From Streptosporangiaceae bacterium (GTDB lineage Bacteria > Actinomycetota > Actinomycetes > Streptosporangiales > Streptosporangiaceae): DNA of 64,000 nucleotides. Below, piece by piece: positions 9,426-18,327 of this stretch (position 1 is the stretch's first letter; each line of letters opens with the position of its first letter). Where the stretch lies: contig DATJQX010000059.1 of the NCBI GenBank assembly GCA_035505275.1, forward strand, positions 22,414-86,413. The letters are read 5' to 3'. The notes under the pieces are model-generated. The model ran no database searches. It saw nothing but the letters and a program-made list of their open reading frames with translations, and was not told the origin of the DNA. A program made the translations under genes and the position numbers.

Positions 9426-10421
9426 GTGGAAATCGACACCTTGGACGTCGTAGACCGTCAGATCGTCCACGTGCTGGCCGTGGATCCCCGGGCGTCGTTC
9501 CGCGCGATCGCCGAGGTAGTGGGGGTGTCCGACCAGACCGCCGCGCGGCGTTATCGCAGGCTGCGCGAGGTCGCCGCGCTGCGTGTGATCGGCCTGGTCA
9601 GCGGCGCCCGGGTCGGCTGGACCGACTGGGTGGTCCGGGTGCAGACCACGCCCGGCAGCGCGAGTGCGATCGCCGATTCGCTGGCCCGGCGCCCCGATAC
9701 CAGGTGGATCCGCATGTACGCCGGCGGCACCGAGGTCGTGTGCGTGCTGCAGGCGCGGACCAGCGAGCAGCGCGACGCGCTGTTCCTGCGCGGGCTGCCG
9801 GGGAGCCGGCGCGTGGTGCAGGTCTCCGCGCACGCCACCTTGCATATGTTCAGCCCGGTGGCGTGGGGCGGCCTGACCAGGGCGCTGTCGCCCGAGCAGG
9901 CCGCGCGGCTGGCCGCACATGCCGGCCTCGCCGGGAACGACGGCCTCGCCGGGAACGACGGGCACACCGGTGCCGACGTGCACCTGAAACCCGACGACGA
10001 ACCGCTCCTGGCCGAACTCACCCGCGACGGGCGCGCCAGCAGCGCCGCCATCGCCGCCGCGATCCACTGGCATGAGTCGACCGTGCGCCGCCGGATCGCG
10101 GACCTGCACGCCGCCGGCCTGCTGTACTTCGACGTCGACATCGACGACCGGGCGCTCGGCTACAACGTTGCGGCGATGTTCTGGCTTTCCATCGAGCCGG
10201 CCAAGCTGGAGGCGGCCGGCCGCGCCATCGCCACGCACGCCGAGATCCCGTTCGCGGCGGCGATGACCGGACCGAGCAACCTGGTCGCCGACGGCCAGTT
10301 CCGCGATACCCAGCACCTGTACGAGTACCTCAGCGGCCGCCTCATCGAACTGCCAGGCCTGCGCTCGGTCGAGACCGTCCCGGCGATCGGCACGGTCAAG
10401 CGGGCAGGCTCGCTCGGCTAG
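9426..10421 (+). CDS. Lrp/AsnC family transcriptional regulator with duplicated HTH-ligand modules
   Basis: 331 aa with a GTG start. Two AsnC-type HTH units are present (DRQIVHVLAVDPRASFRAIAEVVGVSDQTAARRYRRL and LLAELTRDGRASSAAIAAAIHWHESTVRRRIADL). The gene is divergent from the MFS gene. Confidence 0.85.
   Translation: MEIDTLDVVDRQIVHVLAVDPRASFRAIAEVVGVSDQTAARRYRRLREVAALRVIGLVSGARVGWTDWVVRVQTTPGSASAIADSLARRPDTRWIRMYAGGTEVVCVLQARTSEQRDALFLRGLPGSRRVVQVSAHATLHMFSPVAWGGLTRALSPEQAARLAAHAGLAGNDGLAGNDGHTGADVHLKPDDEPLLAELTRDGRASSAAIAAAIHWHESTVRRRIADLHAAGLLYFDVDIDDRALGYNVAAMFWLSIEPAKLEAAGRAIATHAEIPFAAAMTGPSNLVADGQFRDTQHLYEYLSGRLIELPGLRSVETVPAIGTVKRAGSLG
9924..9959 (+). repeat. 18-bp in-frame tandem duplication (GLAGND x2) in the inter-module linker of the Lrp/AsnC gene
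   Basis: ggcctcgccgggaacgac occurs twice, back to back. Confidence 0.9.
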
Positions 10422-10538
10422 ACCAGGCCCAGGATGATCGTGGCAGTCTGACCGTCGCCGGATTCACGCACAGGGTGGTCCGCAACGGCACACCGCACAC
10501 GGCGATATGACGAGTTCGCCATCAAGCCCCTGTTACCG

Positions 10539-10618
10539 TATACATTCCTGCTGTAGCCCGATGACTCCACGATCTGCTCCCCGCGGCGGATGGGAACCCC
10601 GGGGGGTCTGCTCTGCCG
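10539..10618 (+). promoter_or_regulatory. Conserved promoter/5' leader shared with two other kinase-WD40 paralogues
   Basis: tatacattcctgctgta...gatctgctcc...ggatggg...ggggtctgctc...ATG aligns with 41191-41268 and 45432-45503. Confidence 0.4.
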
Positions 10619-12715
10619 ATGGACGCTCTTCAGCGCGGCGATCCCGTCAGCGTGGGCGGTTACCAGCTGCTGGGCAGGCTGGGTGCCGGGGGAATGGGGC
10701 AGGTGTATCTCGGGGCGTCGCCGGGCGGCCGCAAGGTCGCGGTGAAGCTGATCCATTCGGTGCACGCCCGGGACGCTCAGTTCCGGGAGCGGTTCGCCAG
10801 GGAGATCCGGGCCGCGCAGCGGGTCGGGGGTTTCCACACCGCTCTCGTGGTCGACGCCGACCCGTATGCCGACCCGCCGTGGATGGTAACCGCTTACATC
10901 GAGGGGCCGTCGCTGCAGGAGGCGGTTCGCCGGGCCGGGCCATTGCCGGCCGGCCAGGTGCGGGCGCTGGGCGCCGGGCTGGCCGAGGGGCTGGGCGCGA
11001 TCCACGCCTGCGGGCTGGTGCACCGGGACCTCAAGCCAGGCAACGTGATCCTGGCCGCGGACGGGCCGCGGATCATCGACTTCGGCATCGCCCGGGTGGT
11101 CGACGCGAGCACGGCAATCACCATGACCGGCGCGGTGGTGGGCACGATCGCCTACATGTCACCGGAGCAGATCCGGGCCGAGGTGGCCGGGCCGGCCAGC
11201 GACGTGTTCTCGCTGGGCAGCGTGCTGGGGTTCGCGGCCACGGGTCACCCGCCGTTCGGCGCCGACTCGCCCGTGTCGATCATGTACCGCCTCGTCAACG
11301 AGCCACCGGACCTGGCGGGGGTGGCCGACGACGGGCTTCGGGAGGTGATCGCCGCCTGCCTGGCCAAGTCTCCCGGCGACAGGCCGCCGGTCCGTACCGT
11401 CATGGCCGCGTTCAGCCGCCCGGGCCTGGCGCCGGCCGCGTTCAGCCGCCCGGGCCTGGCGCCGGCCGCGTTCGGCAGCCCGGCGCCGGCGGCCGGGACG
11501 GCGCCGCCCAGGACTTCGCCATCGAGGAAACCGCCGCCCAGGCCCGGGCACGCCCGGCGACCTCGCCGGACGGCCGGGCTCGTCGCGGCCGTCGCGGTCG
11601 CGGCCGTCGCGGTCGCCGTCATCCTCGTCGTCTCGCTGATCCCTCGCAGCACTCCGCCGGCCGCGGCCGGCCATCGCCCGAGCGGAACCGCCAGCGCCGG
11701 GAGCACGGCGACGACGCGGGGCACGAAAGGCCCCCACCCGGCAACCAGCCAGGTCAGCGCGGGCGGAACGACCCCGGTCCATGACCTCACCCTGACGGAC
11801 CCGGACAACACGGGACTGAACGACATCTCCTTCAGCGCGGACGGCAGGCTGCTGACCGACACCGGTCCCGACGGCCGTGCCTACGTCTGGGATCTCGCCA
11901 CCGGCACGCTCGCCCACGCCCTGACCACGCCGAACGAGACCGTCGTCGTCCCGGCGTTCAGCCCGAACGGCACGCTGCTCGCCAGCAGCGCGGGCGCTGT
12001 CTCCCTCGGCGTGGACCTGTGGGACGTCGCCACCGGCCAGCGCCTCACCACCCTGATCAACCCGTCGCAGCCCCTCGGCGTCAACAGGCTGGCGTTCAGC
12101 CCGAACGGCAAGCTCCTGGCCGTCGGTGTCGGCGGGCACGTCTGCCTGTGGAATCTCGCCACCGACACCCTCATCTACACCCTCGCCACCCCCGGCACCC
12201 TCATCAACGCGCTGGCGTTCAGTCCGGACAGCACGATGCTGGCGGCCTCCGCCATCCTCGGCGGCGGCAACTCCGTACGCCTGTGGGACGTCGCCACGGG
12301 CGACCTGATAGCCACGCCGCTGGCCGGCATCCCGGACGTCGAGAAAATCGGCATCGGGGCTCTCGCGTTCAGCCCGGACGGCAAGCTCCTGGCCGCCAGC
12401 GGCGGCGGCCACGGCGGCATCTACCTGTGGAGCGTCGGCACCCAGAGTCTGGTCAACACCATTTCTTCCTCGGGCGAGGGCACCATGCCGATGGCGTTCA
12501 GCCCGGACGGCGGGCTGCTGGCCGCAGCCGACTGGGGGAGTTCGGATCGCGGCTACATCTGGGACGCGGCCAGCGGTGCGCTCCTGCGCACCTTCACCGA
12601 CCCAGGCGGATATGCCATCTCGGACGTGGCGTTCAGCCCGGACGGCAAGCTCCTGGCCTTCGCCGACCAGATCGGCGACGTCTATGTCAAGGTCACGAGC
12701 CAGTTCGTCTCGTGA
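10619..12715 (+). CDS. Receptor-type Ser/Thr protein kinase with a C-terminal seven-blade WD40 propeller (PkwA-like), paralogue 1
   Basis: 698 aa. Hanks motifs are present (GRLGAGGMGQV, VAVK, HRDLKPGN, DFG, MSPE). A Pro-rich linker and one TM helix (VAAVAVAAVAVAVILVVSLI) are followed by 7 AFSP(D/N)G blades. Confidence 0.9.
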   Translation: MDALQRGDPVSVGGYQLLGRLGAGGMGQVYLGASPGGRKVAVKLIHSVHARDAQFRERFAREIRAAQRVGGFHTALVVDADPYADPPWMVTAYIEGPSLQEAVRRAGPLPAGQVRALGAGLAEGLGAIHACGLVHRDLKPGNVILAADGPRIIDFGIARVVDASTAITMTGAVVGTIAYMSPEQIRAEVAGPASDVFSLGSVLGFAATGHPPFGADSPVSIMYRLVNEPPDLAGVADDGLREVIAACLAKSPGDRPPVRTVMAAFSRPGLAPAAFSRPGLAPAAFGSPAPAAGTAPPRTSPSRKPPPRPGHARRPRRTAGLVAAVAVAAVAVAVILVVSLIPRSTPPAAAGHRPSGTASAGSTATTRGTKGPHPATSQVSAGGTTPVHDLTLTDPDNTGLNDISFSADGRLLTDTGPDGRAYVWDLATGTLAHALTTPNETVVVPAFSPNGTLLASSAGAVSLGVDLWDVATGQRLTTLINPSQPLGVNRLAFSPNGKLLAVGVGGHVCLWNLATDTLIYTLATPGTLINALAFSPDSTMLAASAILGGGNSVRLWDVATGDLIATPLAGIPDVEKIGIGALAFSPDGKLLAASGGGHGGIYLWSVGTQSLVNTISSSGEGTMPMAFSPDGGLLAAADWGSSDRGYIWDAASGALLRTFTDPGGYAISDVAFSPDGKLLAFADQIGDVYVKVTSQFVS
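11405..11473 (+). repeat. 30-bp in-frame tandem repeat (AAFSRPGLAP x2 plus a partial copy) in the kinase juxtamembrane linker
   Basis: gccgcgttcagccgcccgggcctggcgccg is repeated exactly, followed by a 9-nt partial third copy. Confidence 0.9.
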
Positions 12716-12741
12716 AGCACGGGGCGGCCAGCCTCAACCGT

Positions 12742-13281
12742 TCAGGGTTCCCGAGGTGCGGGCACCAGCAGCCCGTCCGGGTCGTGCAGCACAACCGTGC
12801 CGGCGAAGAAGTCGCCGACCGAATTCAGGGTGGGGCTGAGCAGCATGATGAAAGGGCCCATCAGCAGTTCGCCGTTGAGGAGGATGCCGGTGACCTGGCG
12901 TATCGCCATCTTCCCCCGGCCGGCCACCTGTCCGGCCACGCCGCCGGCCCCCCGGTCGGCGGACGGCTCCCAGCAGCGCAGGCCCAGCAGCCGCTGGGCG
13001 GGAGTCTGCCCGTGGCCCCAGGTCACCAGGGCCCAGATCAGGTAGCCGACCCCGAGCGTGCCGATGAAGAGCGCGACGGCGAGGCAGTAGGCACCGGCCA
13101 CCCGGCCCACGCTGGCCGGCCGCACCCCCTGCGGCAGGACGAGCCCGGTCGGCCGGTCGTAGTACATCCCCGCCGGCACCTGCGGCGGCGCGAACTGCTC
13201 GTAGCCGCGCCTGATCGCCTCGGCCTCGCTGTCCGGGGCTGGATACGGCTCTATGGCCCCATCCCCAGCCGTGTCTTCCAT
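12742..13281 (-). CDS. RDD family membrane protein
   Basis: GQTPAQRLLGLR and GDFFAGTVVLHDPD are typical RDD-domain ends. The start is placed at ATG 13281 because the first 10 codons of the longer ORF are AT-rich and non-coding-like. Confidence 0.7.
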   Translation of the reverse strand: MEDTAGDGAIEPYPAPDSEAEAIRRGYEQFAPPQVPAGMYYDRPTGLVLPQGVRPASVGRVAGAYCLAVALFIGTLGVGYLIWALVTWGHGQTPAQRLLGLRCWEPSADRGAGGVAGQVAGRGKMAIRQVTGILLNGELLMGPFIMLLSPTLNSVGDFFAGTVVLHDPDGLLVPAPREP

Positions 13282-13328
13282 ATCTGTGAATATTACCAGT
13301 TCTATGAGCAATAGGTTAGGCTTCCGGC

Positions 13329-13865
13329 ATGGCGAGCGCGGACCTGCTGCTGCACCCGGTGCGCCTGCGCATCGTCAAGGCGTTCCTGGGCGACCGGGCG
13401 CTCACCACCGCGCAGCTCGCCGCCGAGCTCGACGACGTGCCCGCCGGGAGCCTGTACCGCCACGTCGCCCTGCTCGCCAGGGCGGGGGTCCTCCAGGTGG
13501 TCGCCGAGCGGCGCGTCCGCGGCACCATCGAGCGCACGTACACCCTCCGGCTCTTCGCCGCGCAGATCCAGCCGGAGGAGGCCGCGGCGATGACCCCGCA
13601 GGAGCACGCCCAGGCCTTCATGGCTTATATCGCCGGGCTGCTCGCCGACTTCGACCGCTACCTCGCCGCCGGCGCTCCCGACCCCGCCCGCGACGGCGCC
13701 GACTACCGCGTGGCCGCCATGTGGCTCACCGACGCCGAGCTCGCCGGCTTTCTCCAGGATCTCCGTGCCATCGCTCAGCCCCGGCTCGCCAACGCCCCGG
13801 GCCAGGGACGGCGGCGGCGCATGTTGTTCACCGTCCTGCTCCCGGAGCCCGGTGAGCCACGCTAG
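13329..13865 (+). CDS. ArsR-like winged-helix transcriptional regulator
   Basis: 178 aa with LLHPVRLRIVKAFLGDRALTTAQLAAELDDVPAGSLYRHVALLARAGVL. The gene is divergent from the RDD gene across an AT-rich spacer. Confidence 0.75.
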   Translation: MASADLLLHPVRLRIVKAFLGDRALTTAQLAAELDDVPAGSLYRHVALLARAGVLQVVAERRVRGTIERTYTLRLFAAQIQPEEAAAMTPQEHAQAFMAYIAGLLADFDRYLAAGAPDPARDGADYRVAAMWLTDAELAGFLQDLRAIAQPRLANAPGQGRRRRMLFTVLLPEPGEPR

Positions 13866-13918
13866 GCTCTCGAGCTCGGCCCGCAGACCGACGGCGGTTA
13901 GGTCCAGCGGCCAAGGAT

Positions 13919-15169
13919 TCAGGCGGGATCGAACCGGACCGGCAGGTTCGGCGGCGACCGGAAGATCAGCCCGTGGATGTGCGTATCCTCCGCGTCGGGA
14001 TCCAGCCGCAACCCCGGCAGCCGATCAAGCACCGCGTTCAGCAGCACCCGCATCTCCAGTCGTGCCAAGTGCATACCCAGGCACTTGTGCGCCCCATCGC
14101 CGAACGACAGGTGCTGCTTGTCCTCCCGGAACACGTCGAACAAATCCGGATCCGGATACCGCTCCGGATCCCGGTTCGCCGCCCCCAGCGAGACCGCCAC
14201 GAACCCGCCAGCAGGAATGGGCACTCCACCCAGCGACACATCCTCGGTCGCCGTCCGGGCGACGGTCAGCAGCGGCGTCTCCCACCGCAGCGCCTCCTCG
14301 ATCGCCTGCGGCACCAGGTCCCTATCGCCGCGGACCGCCGCAAGCTGCCCCGGATCTGCCAGCAACCCGAACAGCAGGTTGCTCGACGACCGGTACGTCG
14401 TCTCCGCCCCGGCGGGCAGGAGCAACAGCAGAAACGGATAGATCTCCTCATCGCTGAGCCGGTGCCCCTCGACCTCGGCCGAGATCAGCTGACTCACCAG
14501 GTCATCGCGCGTATTCCGCCGCCGGTCGGCGATAATCTCGCCGAAGTAACCCCGAAGCTCCCGGCTGGCCGCCACCGCGCGTTCCCAGTTCCCCATGACC
14601 GCGATCAGCTCGGTCGACAGCCGCAGGAACCGAGGCCAGTCGGCCTCGGGCAGCCCGAGGACCCGGGCGATGACCCGGACCGGGAACGGGAACGCCAGTT
14701 GCGGGACGAGATCAGCGCGCCCGTCCCCGGCGAAGGCGTCGATCAGCTCAGTCACGGTCGCGCCGATGATCGTGTCGCTCCAGGTGTCCAGCACCCGGGC
14801 GCGGAACGCCTTGGCGACCAGCGCCCGGTGGCGCAGGTGCTCCGGCGGGTCCATCTGCAGGATGGTCCGGCCCATGACCTGCCCGATGGTCAACGCGTAC
14901 CCGCCCGAGGAGAACCGCGCGGTGTCGGTGAGCACCTCCTGCGCCAGCGCGTGGCTGGTGACGGTGAACAGCGACGTCATCCGCGGACCCGGCCGCTGCG
15001 GCCGCGACCCGCCGCCCGGCCGCGACCCGAAGTGGACCTCAAGCACCGGGCTGTCCGCCCGGATCCCGGCGAACATCGGGTACGGGTCGCGCACATCCCC
15101 GGCGAGCTCGGCGAACTGCCGCATCGGGTCGTAGCCGTCCTCAGGAGAACCTTCCTGCTGGGACGCCAT
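13919..15169 (-). CDS. Cytochrome P450
   Basis: 416 aa with a heme loop FGDGAHKCLGMHLARLE, an ExxR motif EEALRWETP, and an I-helix PAGAETT. Confidence 0.9.
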   Translation of the reverse strand: MASQQEGSPEDGYDPMRQFAELAGDVRDPYPMFAGIRADSPVLEVHFGSRPGGGSRPQRPGPRMTSLFTVTSHALAQEVLTDTARFSSGGYALTIGQVMGRTILQMDPPEHLRHRALVAKAFRARVLDTWSDTIIGATVTELIDAFAGDGRADLVPQLAFPFPVRVIARVLGLPEADWPRFLRLSTELIAVMGNWERAVAASRELRGYFGEIIADRRRNTRDDLVSQLISAEVEGHRLSDEEIYPFLLLLLPAGAETTYRSSSNLLFGLLADPGQLAAVRGDRDLVPQAIEEALRWETPLLTVARTATEDVSLGGVPIPAGGFVAVSLGAANRDPERYPDPDLFDVFREDKQHLSFGDGAHKCLGMHLARLEMRVLLNAVLDRLPGLRLDPDAEDTHIHGLIFRSPPNLPVRFDPA

Positions 15170-15224
15170 GCCCTCAATTTATCCCGAACGTACCGTGGTG
15201 CCCCTCTCGCTCAACCCGGCGTTT

Positions 15225-16829
15225 TCAGTAGTAGCCGTAACGGGCCAGCGGCTCGACGAGCTCCCGTTCCTCGTAAGACAGGTGGGACAGCAGCGTGTCG
15301 GTCAGCAGGTCAACCGCGTCCTGCAGCCCGGTGAAATCGTCCGGGCGCCCGACGAAGCTCACCAGCGCGCGGTCGACCGAATCAAGCACGCCGTGGATGA
15401 TCACATGCTCCTCGTGCAACCGGTCGAGCACCGGGCCGAGGCCGGCGTCCCTGGCCCTCAGGTGCGGGAAGACCGCCGTGTCCTCGAGCCCGTGGTGCGC
15501 CGTGACCACGCGGCAGTAGCTCTGGCAGTAGGTGCCCATCGTCCAGTTGTTCTGCCGCATCGTCATCTGGTTCAGCTCGGACCTGGCCCGCGCCGCGTCG
15601 ATGGCGCCCTTCTGGACCTGCACGATCAGGTCGCGGATCGTGGTGAGTTCCTGCCGGAGCATGTCGTGCACCCGGACCAGGTCCTCACCCGCGCCGCGGC
15701 CGGCTCGCGTGTACCCGGCCGCAGGCGGCGGCGAGGCCGGCCGGGTCGGCCGGGCCGCCTCGTCCCACAGCCGCGTGCCGCTGAGGCGGATACCGTCGTC
15801 CGGAGTCGGCTGCACGTCCAGCGCCGACCCGGCCTGCCTCTGGACCATGGGAGACGACTTGGCCCCAGCCGCGGCCCCTCCGCTATCGGCCCCTCCGCTA
15901 TCGGGCCGTCCCGAGCCGGACCTCGCGGCCGCGACCAGTTCACGGACGGCCGGGGCCACCTCGGCGGCGTAGGTTTCGATCGTGACCGGATCGTCGGCCG
16001 CGAGGATGAAGGTGCTGATCCCCTCGGTCACGGCAAGTTCGGCAAGCTGATCGGCCCAGTGCCCGGGTGGGCCGTCAAGCAGGCCCGATGCGGTCGGCGC
16101 GAACCGCCCGCCGACGTTCAGCAGCCTGCGCACCGCGGCCGGCTCGCGGCCGGCCTGCGCGGCCGCGTCGTCGATGATGGCGTTGCCCTCAGCCAGCTGG
16201 CCGGGCTGCAGGTAACCAAGCGACGGCAGCCAGCCGTCGGCCAGGCGCCCGGTCAGCCGCAGCATCCTTGGCTTGTAGGCGCCGACCCAGATCCCGATCG
16301 GATGCGCCGGAGCCGGGCCGGGCTTGGCGCCGGACAGCTTGTAGTACCGCCCGTCGAACCGGACGCCGCCCCTGGTCCTGACGTCCCAGATCTGCCGGAT
16401 GACCTCGATGCCCTCCGCTAGCGCGTCGACCGCCTCGCCGGGAGATAGTCTCGGTCCGCCCATCGCCGCGATGGCGTCATGGAACCCGCCCGCGCCGATG
16501 CCCAGCTCGACGCGACCGCCGCTGAGCAGGTCCAGGCTGGCGAGGCTGCGCGCCAGCACGGCCGGGTTGCGCAGCGGCAGGTTCAGCACGTTGCCCGCGA
16601 GCTTCACCCGCTGGGTCCGGGCCGCCACATAGGACATCAGCGTCCAGGCGTCCAGGAACGCGGGCTGGTAAGGGTGGTCCTGGAAGGTGATCAGGTCAAG
16701 CCCTGAACCCTCGGCCACGACCGCCAGGTCGACCACGTCGTGCGGCGTCTGGCTGGACGGCGTCACGAAGATCCCGAACTCGAGTTCGTGCCCGTAGTCC
16801 GTCATCGGTGCGCTCCCTCCGGCTACCAT
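15225..16829 (-). CDS. Fusion protein: luciferase-like (LLM/F420-type) oxidoreductase N-domain plus hemerythrin/HHE-like C-domain
   Basis: 534 aa. The N-terminal ~300 aa are LLM-like (ELEFGIFVTP, GRVELGIGAG). The C-terminus has His/Glu-rich motifs HDMLRQEL, HHGLEDTAVFPHL, HEEHVIIH and HLSYEEREL. An alternative start is ATG 16805. Confidence 0.8.
   Translation of the reverse strand: MVAGGSAPMTDYGHELEFGIFVTPSSQTPHDVVDLAVVAEGSGLDLITFQDHPYQPAFLDAWTLMSYVAARTQRVKLAGNVLNLPLRNPAVLARSLASLDLLSGGRVELGIGAGGFHDAIAAMGGPRLSPGEAVDALAEGIEVIRQIWDVRTRGGVRFDGRYYKLSGAKPGPAPAHPIGIWVGAYKPRMLRLTGRLADGWLPSLGYLQPGQLAEGNAIIDDAAAQAGREPAAVRRLLNVGGRFAPTASGLLDGPPGHWADQLAELAVTEGISTFILAADDPVTIETYAAEVAPAVRELVAAARSGSGRPDSGGADSGGAAAGAKSSPMVQRQAGSALDVQPTPDDGIRLSGTRLWDEAARPTRPASPPPAAGYTRAGRGAGEDLVRVHDMLRQELTTIRDLIVQVQKGAIDAARARSELNQMTMRQNNWTMGTYCQSYCRVVTAHHGLEDTAVFPHLRARDAGLGPVLDRLHEEHVIIHGVLDSVDRALVSFVGRPDDFTGLQDAVDLLTDTLLSHLSYEERELVEPLARYGYY
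15873..15902 (-). repeat. 15-bp in-frame tandem duplication (DSGGA x2) in the inter-domain linker
   Basis: ggcccctccgctatc occurs twice, back to back. Confidence 0.9.
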
Positions 16830-16883
16830 CCCTTAACGCTGAATAGTTTAGCATTGAACCATCTACTGGATTATCCTGGAGAT

Positions 16884-17438
16884 GTGACCACCGAGGTCGT
16901 CCGCGACCGCGCCGACGTGCTCGTCGGCCTGCTCTGCAGCCAGACGCCTGACGTCGACACGGCGACCAAGAAGCTCGGCGTCCGGCTGCGCCGGATGGCC
17001 CACCACCTGGAACGCGAGCTGCGCCGCGAATTCGCCGCGGAAGGCATCGAGGCGTGGGAACTGGAAGTCCTGCTCGCTCTGCACAGCGCGCCTGGCCAGC
17101 GCCGCAGCGCGGGAGCGCTACTGCGCGGCTCACAGGTCACCGCGGGCGCGATCTCCAACCGGATCGCGCGGATGGAGGCCAGGGGCTGGGTCAGGCGCGA
17201 TCTCGACCCGGCCGACCGGCGTCACGTCCTGGTCACCCTCACGCCGGACGGCCTGCGGCGTACCGAGCAGATCCTGGCTATCCGGACCACCGCGGAGCAG
17301 CGCCTGTTCGGCCAGGCGGACGCGGCCACGATCGAGCGCCTGTCAAATGACCTGCGCGAACTCCTGCTCGCGATCGAGGGCCCGGCGGTCGACGAGGACG
17401 CCAAGCAGGCGTGCGCGGAGGAAGCGGCGCCGATCTGA
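16884..17438 (+). CDS. MarR family transcriptional regulator
   Basis: GTG 16884 was chosen because the upstream part of the ORF overlaps the divergent LLM gene. The wHTH is SAGALLRGSQVTAGAISNRIARMEARGWVRRDLDPADRRHVLVTLTPDG. Confidence 0.8.
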   Translation: MTTEVVRDRADVLVGLLCSQTPDVDTATKKLGVRLRRMAHHLERELRREFAAEGIEAWELEVLLALHSAPGQRRSAGALLRGSQVTAGAISNRIARMEARGWVRRDLDPADRRHVLVTLTPDGLRRTEQILAIRTTAEQRLFGQADAATIERLSNDLRELLLAIEGPAVDEDAKQACAEEAAPI

Positions 17439-17462
17439 CCCGATGCGTGCCGCCCGCCCGGA

Positions 17463-18236
17463 TCAGCCGTCCCGGCGGACCCGAACGGGACCGTGCTGGC
17501 CGCCGACAGCGTAGATGACCTGGCCGGTAATGAACCCGGCGTCCTCGCAGGCGAGGAACGCGACGAGGGCGGCCGTGTCGGCCGGCTCGCCGATCCGGCC
17601 GAGGGCGAACGCCGATCCCGCCTCGGCCCGCTGCGCCTCGGTCAGCCGGGCGAACGGGCCGGTGGCCGTGCTCCCGGGCCCGACCGCGTTGACCGTGATC
17701 CGGCGGGGCGCGAACTCGATCGCGGCGACCCTGGTGACCTGGTCGAGGAAGGCCTTCGCGCCGGAGTAGAGCCCGATGCCCGCCACCGCCGTGCCGGTGA
17801 CGCCGGAAGATATGTTCACTATCCGCCCGCCGTCGGCGAGCCTGCCCGCCGCTGCCTGCATCATCAGGAACGGTGCGCGAGCGTCGACGGCCACGAGGCG
17901 GTCGAAGTCGGCCACCGAGGTCTGGGCCAGCGCTCCCCAGTGGGTGATCCCGGCGTTGTTGACCAGGATGTCCAGCCTCCCGAACTCGCCCGCCACCGCG
18001 TCTACCAGGGCCGCGGCCGCGGCCGGGTCCTCCAGGTCCGCGGCGACCGCGATCACCCGGCGGCCGAGGCCCCGCACCTGCTCGGCCACCCGCTCGGCCT
18101 CGTCCTTACCGGTGTGGTAGGAAAAGCCGACGTCGGCTCCCTCGGCGGCCAGCCGGCGCACGATCTCCGCCCCGATCCCACGGCTCCCGCCGGTGACCAG
18201 CGCCACAAGCCCCGCCAGCCGGTTGGTGATATCCAT
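17463..18236 (-). CDS. SDR family oxidoreductase
   Basis: ATG 18236 gives MDITNRLAGLVALVTGGSRGIG, with NNAG and YSGAK motifs. The 531-aa ORF extension is antisense to the LysR gene. Confidence 0.85.
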   Translation of the reverse strand: MDITNRLAGLVALVTGGSRGIGAEIVRRLAAEGADVGFSYHTGKDEAERVAEQVRGLGRRVIAVAADLEDPAAAAALVDAVAGEFGRLDILVNNAGITHWGALAQTSVADFDRLVAVDARAPFLMMQAAAGRLADGGRIVNISSGVTGTAVAGIGLYSGAKAFLDQVTRVAAIEFAPRRITVNAVGPGSTATGPFARLTEAQRAEAGSAFALGRIGEPADTAALVAFLACEDAGFITGQVIYAVGGQHGPVRVRRDG

Positions 18237-18327
18237 CGCGTCTCCTTCTCTTAGGGCAGCACCCAGTACAGCCGCCCGCCGGCCCGGGCGGAAGGACGCG
18301 CTGGGTCCGGCTCCATACACTGCGGGT

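Noticed and set aside
9342-10316. Upstream 324 codons of the 796-aa minus-strand ORF 7926..10316
   Set aside because: This part is Arg/Gly/Pro-rich and lies antisense to the well-supported Lrp/AsnC gene. The MFS homology begins only at GTG 9341. It is a typical high-GC ORF extension.
11159-12412. Long antisense ORFs across the WD40 regions (also 42037..43176, 46311..47645, 39596..41089, 48674..50419, 34764..36134, 55439..57247)
   Set aside because: All have Arg/Gly/Asp-rich low-complexity translations opposite genes with clear motifs and strong GC3 phase. They are shadow ORFs.
11826-12660. Periodic ~30-nt repeats with ~100-nt spacers that could resemble a CRISPR array
   Set aside because: The repeats are in frame within a kinase gene and encode the AFSPDG strand of WD40 blades. 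Spacing is irregular (115-145 nt) and no cas genes are present.
13919-13945. tRNA-like GGGATCGAACC string
   Set aside because: It lies inside the 3' end of the P450 coding frame (…RFDPA*), and no cloverleaf can be drawn around it.
16830-16883. Possible MarR operator (imperfect palindrome GCTGAATAGTTTAGC) in the LLM/MarR divergent spacer
   Set aside because: The symmetry is poor (several mismatches). It is noted only as an AT-rich promoter region.
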